Below the pieces are notes generated by a model that saw only the letters and a program-made list of their open reading frames with translations, did no database searches and was not told the origin of the DNA. Of a stretch of DNA of 64,000 nt, positions 58,910-64,000 are shown piece after piece. Each line of letters starts with the position of its first letter. Position 1 is the first letter of the stretch. The translations under genes and the position numbers were made by a program. Source of the stretch: a virus; IMG/VR virus record IMGVR_UViG_3300009509_001033, positions 5,804 through 69,803 of that record; one strand, written 5' to 3'.

Positions 58910-58946
58910 AAAAAAAAAGGAATCTCAAACCCTTGAGACTCCTTTT
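58910..58946 (-). terminator. intrinsic terminator
   Basis: AAAAGGAGTCTCAA-gggt-TTGAGATTCCTTTT stem followed by T-run. Confidence 0.8.
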
Positions 58947-58965
58947 GAATCCTTTAGATAATTAT

Positions 58966-59163
58966 CTAAGTGTGGCTTGCAGCAATATTTTCTATGCTTT
59001 GTTTTTCTTGTCGTAAATCTTTTATAAGCATATTCACATATGCTTCAAATTCAAAAATGGGCAAACAAGCACTCTCTTCAAGTGATATATTAGCTTTTCT
59101 GGCCAACTGGAATTGTTCATATGTCACAACTTCCAAGCTATCCCCTGCTAACAAGATTCTCAT
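58966..59163 (-). CDS. gp51: baseplate hub assembly protein (gp51-like)
   Basis: EQFQL..IS.EE..LP.FE.E.Y..ML; follows gp26. Confidence 0.75.
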   Translation of the reverse strand: MRILLAGDSLEVVTYEQFQLARKANISLEESACLPIFEFEAYVNMLIKDLRQEKQSIENIAASHT

Positions 59164-59912
59164 TAGAAAAAAAAATTCTCTGGGGGGATGTCAATAACCT
59201 TTTTATATTTGCACTTTTTGGTTTTGCATTTGATTTCAGTTTTGAAATCAATACCAAAGTTTCTAGAAGAGAAGTCAGCTATTTTTTCATACATCTGAGT
59301 TGAGATGTTTTCTACAAAAAGAATCTTTTCCTCCAATGGAATATCTGAATCCTCTCCATCAGGTGTTATTATAGATTTAATTGTTAAAGCCGATACAATT
59401 GTTCCAAGTTCTGCTGTTCTTTGCATATCACTGATATCAGGTGCTTCTTTTAGAATTTCATATGCTAACTTTTGATCACTTCTTCTTGGAAAGTCTAACT
59501 TGACAGATATGTTATCATCCATCTTCACAATATTATCAAGTTTTTGGGGTAGTTTTTCTACTTTTAATGTTTTTAAATCTACCTTCTGTATTGATTGTGA
59601 ACGACACTCAGGACATTGATGTTCAAATTCATATACTGTCCCTCTAGTGTTCTTCCTTAGCTCTATCATGAAAAAGAATCTATCGTTAATATACATGCTA
59701 GTTATATCAAAATCTTTGGGTTCTATGATACTTTCGGCTAGAAGATCATCCAAGATTTCTTCAACTTTAGCCATGTCAGTTTCTTTTTCATAGGCTAGTA
59801 AAGATTTCATCTGTCCAGTTGTAATCGGCTTAAATTTAATTTTTTGCCCACTTCCTGGAAGTACAGTTTCAAACTCATACTTGTTTAAATACTTCTTATA
59901 ATTTGAAGACAT
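59163..59912 (-). CDS. gp26: baseplate hub assembly chaperone
   Basis: LPGSGQKIKFKP, D..F..ELR..G, CPEC, C-terminal C..C..ENFFF. Confidence 0.88.
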   Translation of the reverse strand: MSSNYKKYLNKYEFETVLPGSGQKIKFKPITTGQMKSLLAYEKETDMAKVEEILDDLLAESIIEPKDFDITSMYINDRFFFMIELRKNTRGTVYEFEHQCPECRSQSIQKVDLKTLKVEKLPQKLDNIVKMDDNISVKLDFPRRSDQKLAYEILKEAPDISDMQRTAELGTIVSALTIKSIITPDGEDSDIPLEEKILFVENISTQMYEKIADFSSRNFGIDFKTEIKCKTKKCKYKKVIDIPPENFFF

Positions 59913-59927
59913 TTTACCACCTCACAA

Positions 59928-60212
59928 TTATTTACTTGTTATTTCGTTTATAGCTTCATTTAAATCATGTATTGCAGCTTTTAAAGCTAGTTCTGCATCA
60001 TTTCTAGAACCACCTTCTAGAAATTTACCTGCTGAATCAATTTTGGATCTGGCATCAGATAACTTCATGATGCCAGTTCCAAATTTTAGTTTGTTTTGTT
60101 CTCGTATCTTCTGTAGCTGAACCTGCATAGGGTCAACTTTCTTATCCAATTTGCCTTCATTCAACATCTTCTCGTATTTATCTGTAATACGTTCACTCCA
60201 CCCCTTGAGCAT
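59928..60212 (-). CDS. hypothetical protein
   Basis: AGGAGG RBS. Confidence 0.6.
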   Translation of the reverse strand: MLKGWSERITDKYEKMLNEGKLDKKVDPMQVQLQKIREQNKLKFGTGIMKLSDARSKIDSAGKFLEGGSRNDAELALKAAIHDLNEAINEITSK

Positions 60213-60228
60213 AATAACCTCCTAAGTA

Positions 60229-60780
60229 TTAGCCAGCAAAGGAAAGAACCCTTGCATAGTCAACCAATCTATCTACTATATGGTATTGGTAGTTGAACAT
60301 AACATTAAATTGTGCTACGTCATTTGTTGCATAGTCCAGAGTAACAGCTTCAACTGTACTTGGCCAAGCACCTACCAACTTATATTTTAAGATAGGGTCA
60401 CCATTAAGATCAAGAAGCTCAACTACCTGATCAACCATGTAGTCTGATGGTGCAGAAGCTTGGTTTGATGTTGGATCATGAATCAGCCTTTGCCAATCTA
60501 TATACCACTTCAAAACATCTGCATTCTGATCAACATTAAACAACATGCCCCATTCAGCATATGTGAGCTTACCTGCCATCTTGAAGTCAAATCCTTGCCA
60601 GTTAGTTGTAATTGGCTCAATTGTTCCTGCTGGTAAAGATGATGATCTCACAAGATATGTAGCTTGATCAGTGTTGGCATTAACTATTTGCACTGGAAAC
60701 AAAGGTTTGCATTGAAACAAATATGCTCTTGCTCCAGCTTTGAAGTTTGCTCTGTAACTATCAATATCAAAACCTGCCAT
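60229..60780 (-). CDS. gp19: tail tube protein
   Basis: GARAYLF, SSLPA, K.AG..TY.EW, L.GAWP..V..LDY. Confidence 0.92.
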   Translation of the reverse strand: MAGFDIDSYRANFKAGARAYLFQCKPLFPVQIVNANTDQATYLVRSSSLPAGTIEPITTNWQGFDFKMAGKLTYAEWGMLFNVDQNADVLKWYIDWQRLIHDPTSNQASAPSDYMVDQVVELLDLNGDPILKYKLVGAWPSTVEAVTLDYATNDVAQFNVMFNYQYHIVDRLVDYARVLSFAG

Positions 60781-60796
60781 TATATTTTCCTCCTAA

Positions 60797-62578
60797 TTAA
60801 GCTCTTCCTGCTCTCAAGGCAGCAATTTCAGTAAAACTAGCACCTGTCTTTGTTGCTATAAAGTTAAGTACTATGAACTCTGCTGCTCTTGTAGGCTTAA
60901 CGTAAATATCACACCAAAGTTCATTTCTATCAATTCTCTCAGGTGTGTTGTTTGTCTCATCACAGACAATTAGGTAATCAAAAATTCCTCTTCTAGATCT
61001 TACATCTCTCAAGAACGGATCAATCAAGTTAAGTAAGAGAAGTCTAGTAATATCATCATTTGGCTCAAAGAGGAAATTAACAACTGCTGTTGAGATTGCC
61101 TTTTCAAGAATAATGAAAAGTCTTCTTACGTTAATTCTATTGAAAGCAGAATTTCTATCTAACATTGTCTTTTGACCAAAGACAACTTTACCTTGACCAG
61201 CAAAACTAACAATAGGATTAATACCATTCTTGTAAAGAATGTCTCTTTCACCAAGAGTTGGATTCCATGCAAGTCTTCTAACATTACTTAGAATACCTCT
61301 TTGGAAACCTGCTGGTGCAAACCATGGATCTGTTACATCATCGGTACGTGCAAATATACCTGCAACATGACCTGATGTTGGTATCCATCTATATTTGTTG
61401 TTCCACTTGTCGTAAATTTCTAACCAGTTTCCATAAACAGCAGCATAACTAGTATTTAGATTTAAGTTATCGGTGATATAAGGTGTAGAACCTGTTCTCC
61501 AAGCTCTTAATTCCTCTACTTCATTTCCACTGTTATTTACAACTGTTTCGTATGGACAATCTAGAACTGCCATACAGTCAAGTCTGCTCTCACAGATGCT
61601 TGACATATATGATTTAACTGTTTCTGACTTGTCAGAATCAATGAAAATATTAACATCTACATCTTCTGCATTAGCATAAAGATCTAGATCTCTTATAATA
61701 TCTCCATCTTCAACCTGATCACCTTGATTATCTACACCACCACCAAACTGTTGCCAACTTGCAGTTGCAACAAATATATTAGTATTCTTTTGTGCTTCAT
61801 TGAAAGCAATTCTAATATATTTGGATTGGTTGTTAATAACATTCTCTGCAAAAGTTGTAACACCTTCATCATCTACTCTGTCTTCTTGTGTTGAAACATT
61901 CCATTCTTCCTTTCTGGTATATGCTGTTTCACCTTGCTCTTTTGATTCAACAATAATCAAGAAATCTTTTTGATCTGATAGTGGACTATCTGTTGATTGC
62001 ACTGCTTGCCATGTTCCTGTATCTGGATCTGACCAAGTAGGATCAGTTCTAAATCCACCAGTAGTAATAGCTGTATAGGTAGATCTGTCTACTACTGCCA
62101 CTCTTACGTTTGCTCCCCATGCCCCTCTAGAACTGGCTATTAGGTAAAATGGGTTGCCTGGATCAACAGTAACCTCTTCTGCAAATTGATCAGGGTCTTC
62201 ACTTACAAAATCACTTAAGATATATGCATTGGCTTGTGTAAAAGGGACAAAAGTTGAGGGACTGGCTCCAGTACCACTAACTGCTTTTGTACCAGCAAAA
62301 GTTGCTGACATCGGCATTGTTCTGGTAGCATAAAGTTTTGTTCCCCATCTAAAGAAACCTGTAGCTGTAAGCATATCTCTATAAGCATTTACATTGCTTG
62401 GTGGTTGACCAAAGGTTTCGATTAAATCATCTTCCGATGTCACCAACCACTTTTTTCTCTCTGGACCTTTATAAGTATTCCTTAGAATTATACAACCAAT
62501 AGAGGTTGCTACTGCTGGAATAGTAGTTGTAAGGTCAATTTCATTAACGTCAACTAATGGACTAAGATAAAAAGCCAT
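60797..62578 (-). CDS. gp18: tail sheath protein
   Basis: YLSP.V.V.EIDLT, PWFAPAG, LY..GINP, SAFNRINVRRLF, FEPND, KPTRAAEFI.LNF. Confidence 0.97.
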   Translation of the reverse strand: MAFYLSPLVDVNEIDLTTTIPAVATSIGCIILRNTYKGPERKKWLVTSEDDLIETFGQPPSNVNAYRDMLTATGFFRWGTKLYATRTMPMSATFAGTKAVSGTGASPSTFVPFTQANAYILSDFVSEDPDQFAEEVTVDPGNPFYLIASSRGAWGANVRVAVVDRSTYTAITTGGFRTDPTWSDPDTGTWQAVQSTDSPLSDQKDFLIIVESKEQGETAYTRKEEWNVSTQEDRVDDEGVTTFAENVINNQSKYIRIAFNEAQKNTNIFVATASWQQFGGGVDNQGDQVEDGDIIRDLDLYANAEDVDVNIFIDSDKSETVKSYMSSICESRLDCMAVLDCPYETVVNNSGNEVEELRAWRTGSTPYITDNLNLNTSYAAVYGNWLEIYDKWNNKYRWIPTSGHVAGIFARTDDVTDPWFAPAGFQRGILSNVRRLAWNPTLGERDILYKNGINPIVSFAGQGKVVFGQKTMLDRNSAFNRINVRRLFIILEKAISTAVVNFLFEPNDDITRLLLLNLIDPFLRDVRSRRGIFDYLIVCDETNNTPERIDRNELWCDIYVKPTRAAEFIVLNFIATKTGASFTEIAALRAGRA

Positions 62579-62625
62579 TCCTCTTTCCTCCTACAAAATA
62601 GTAAATAAATAACCCAATTCAATAG

Positions 62626-62633
62626 TATTTATA
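62626..62633 (-). promoter_or_regulatory. T4-type late promoter TATAAATA for the sheath/tube operon
   Basis: Exact consensus about 50 bp upstream of gp18. Confidence 0.8.
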
Positions 62634-62721
62634 AAAAACGGATTAAAAATTCTAAATATATTTAGAGTTGTTTAATAAATGATATGCAGACGTAAGACAG
62701 AAATACGACAAAAGGAGAAAG

Positions 62722-62979
62722 TTGAAAATTATGTTTAAAAGAAAGGCTAAAAAAGGTGAGACATATTGCTTCAGGTTAACACAAGATGAAAGGGAAATGA
62801 TTAAATTTCTTCAGAAAAATATTGATGTTCCCTTTGAACTGAGAAAAAGGGTAAGGGAGATGTACAACTATGAAATGAAAAATAAAGTTGAACCACCTGC
62901 CCCAAAACCAGCAAAAAAATTTGATCCAGATGCAAGCTATTTTAGAGAAAGACATGGAATGCATGAAAGTGACGGTTAA
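62722..62979 (+). CDS. small basic protein, possibly ribbon-helix-helix-like
   Basis: AAGGAG RBS, TTG start; TYCFRLTQDEREMI pattern. Confidence 0.5.
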   Translation: MKIMFKRKAKKGETYCFRLTQDEREMIKFLQKNIDVPFELRKRVREMYNYEMKNKVEPPAPKPAKKFDPDASYFRERHGMHESDG

Positions 62980-63524
62980 TCATCACATCGTGCATCACGT
63001 AGCTCATATCTGTCATATGTAAACTGTGCTGTGGATTCAAGGTTAGCTTGACCCTCTCTGGTGTTAAATCTAACTTCTCCAACTGCACTTACCCAGAGGT
63101 TTACAAAAAATAATCTAAATAGCTCTTTTTGAAAGTTATCTAATACTCTTAAAGTTGCATCTATACAATAATCTTGTGGTGGTCTACCACGTCTATTTTT
63201 ATTGTTGTTGATATACATCATCCATCTATGCAGGATTCTCCAGTTTAGAAGACCTTCATCAACAATATATTCACAGGTAAAAGGTTCCCATGTGATACCA
63301 CCACTATCCATGTGAGTCTTTCCCATTACCCAATATAGCTCCAATACATCAAGTGATACTCCAGGAATAACAGTTCCATAAATGTTTATTATCAATTCTT
63401 GTGTATCTGCTATTGAAACGTCTGGTGGTAGATTAGGAATCACCAAGCTAAAATTAGCTGGAGATGCTTTATCTAATATAATTCCACCAGAAACATCATC
63501 TTGGCATTGTAAAGTATCTGTCAT
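62976..63524 (-). CDS. gp3: tail tube terminator (gp3-like)
   Basis: NFSL.IP, IPGVSL, VDEGL.NW..HRW, DATL.VLDN, F.NLW, FTYD.Y. Confidence 0.8.
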   Translation of the reverse strand: MTDTLQCQDDVSGGIILDKASPANFSLVIPNLPPDVSIADTQELIINIYGTVIPGVSLDVLELYWVMGKTHMDSGGITWEPFTCEYIVDEGLLNWRILHRWMMYINNNKNRRGRPPQDYCIDATLRVLDNFQKELFRLFFVNLWVSAVGEVRFNTREGQANLESTAQFTYDRYELRDARCDD

Positions 63525-64000
63525 TAGTGTTCCTCAAAAAGTTCATATTTGAAAAGTTTCACTACTTCACCATCAACCGGATATGCTGTTATGCCCTTTG
63601 TCCAGGATGTATAGAGACCTCCTGATGGTGCAGCAGATGTAAATAGTGCTGAAGTATCTCGTTCATTAAAATATCCACATTTAGTGTAGTATTGTATTAT
63701 AATTTCCTTCACTATTTTTGCAGCAGGATCATCTAGGAGAGGTTGAAATAGATAACCTTGAACTGTGAAATCCAGATTCCATTTCAAAATTCGTCTTTCC
63801 TCATCTGCATATTCTAATGTTTGATCAGATGATGCACTATTAAACTGTACTCGTTCATCTAAAGTAACACTTAGTTCTGGAATTGCAACCCTTATTTGAA
63901 CAAAAGGTGTGAAGAAAGGAAGAATCTGCTCTAGGATCTGATCAACATCAACTATATGAAGGCTCCATATTGTAAGCTGAAAATTAAAATTATATGGAAT
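63524..64000 (-). CDS. gp15: tail sheath terminator, 5'-truncated by window edge
   Basis: Frame open to window end: IPYNFNFQL.I..DQILEQILPFFTP..RRILKWNLDFTVQGYLF. Confidence 0.9.
   Translation of the reverse strand: MPYNFNFQLTIWSLHIVDVDQILEQILPFFTPFVQIRVAIPELSVTLDERVQFNSASSDQTLEYADEERRILKWNLDFTVQGYLFQPLLDDPAAKIVKEIIIQYYTKCGYFNERDTSALFTSAAPSGGLYTSWTKGITAYPVDGEVVKLFKYELFEEH

Noticed and set aside
1-64000. Genome-wide stop-codon reassignment
   Set aside because: Core genes are full length in the standard code, and TAA, TAG and TGA all end coupled genes; the breaks are isolated.
1-64000. CRISPR array, tRNA or rRNA genes
   Set aside because: No regularly spaced repeats or cloverleaf motifs seen; intergenic gaps are very short.

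Overview
A 64-kb AT-rich segment of a large T4-like contractile-tailed phage genome using the standard genetic code. No tRNA, rRNA, CRISPR array, integrase or reverse transcriptase was seen. (1) 1-12.9 kb, + strand: accessory cluster of glycosyltransferases, SAM methyltransferases, three sulfotransferase-like genes, APS kinase (cysC), an NDP-sugar epimerase, a VWA protein and IMPDH/GMP reductase. (2) 12.8-28.5 kb, - strand: small hypotheticals, a Qng1/DUF2419 queuosine-salvage glycosylase, more glycosyltransferases (one resembling T4 DNA beta-glucosyltransferase), an RfbB homolog lacking its GxxGxxG motif, UvsX, a frameshifted gp46, and gp47. (3) 28.6-64 kb, - strand: three giant RCC1-repeat/lectin-fold proteins, LamG and LVIVD proteins, late sigma gp55, and a baseplate/tail module (gp6, gp25, PAAR, gp5, gp27, gp53, gp48, tape measure, gp51, gp26, gp19, gp18, gp3, gp15). 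Top signals: by manual scan the trinucleotide GCG/CGC is absent from the whole window; a phage-encoded sulfation/glycosylation/methylation pathway; a T9 slippery site that would fuse gp26 to gp51 by -1 frameshift; and an in-frame TAA splitting one RCC1 repeat between two giant ORFs. All product calls come from motif recognition by eye, not database searches.
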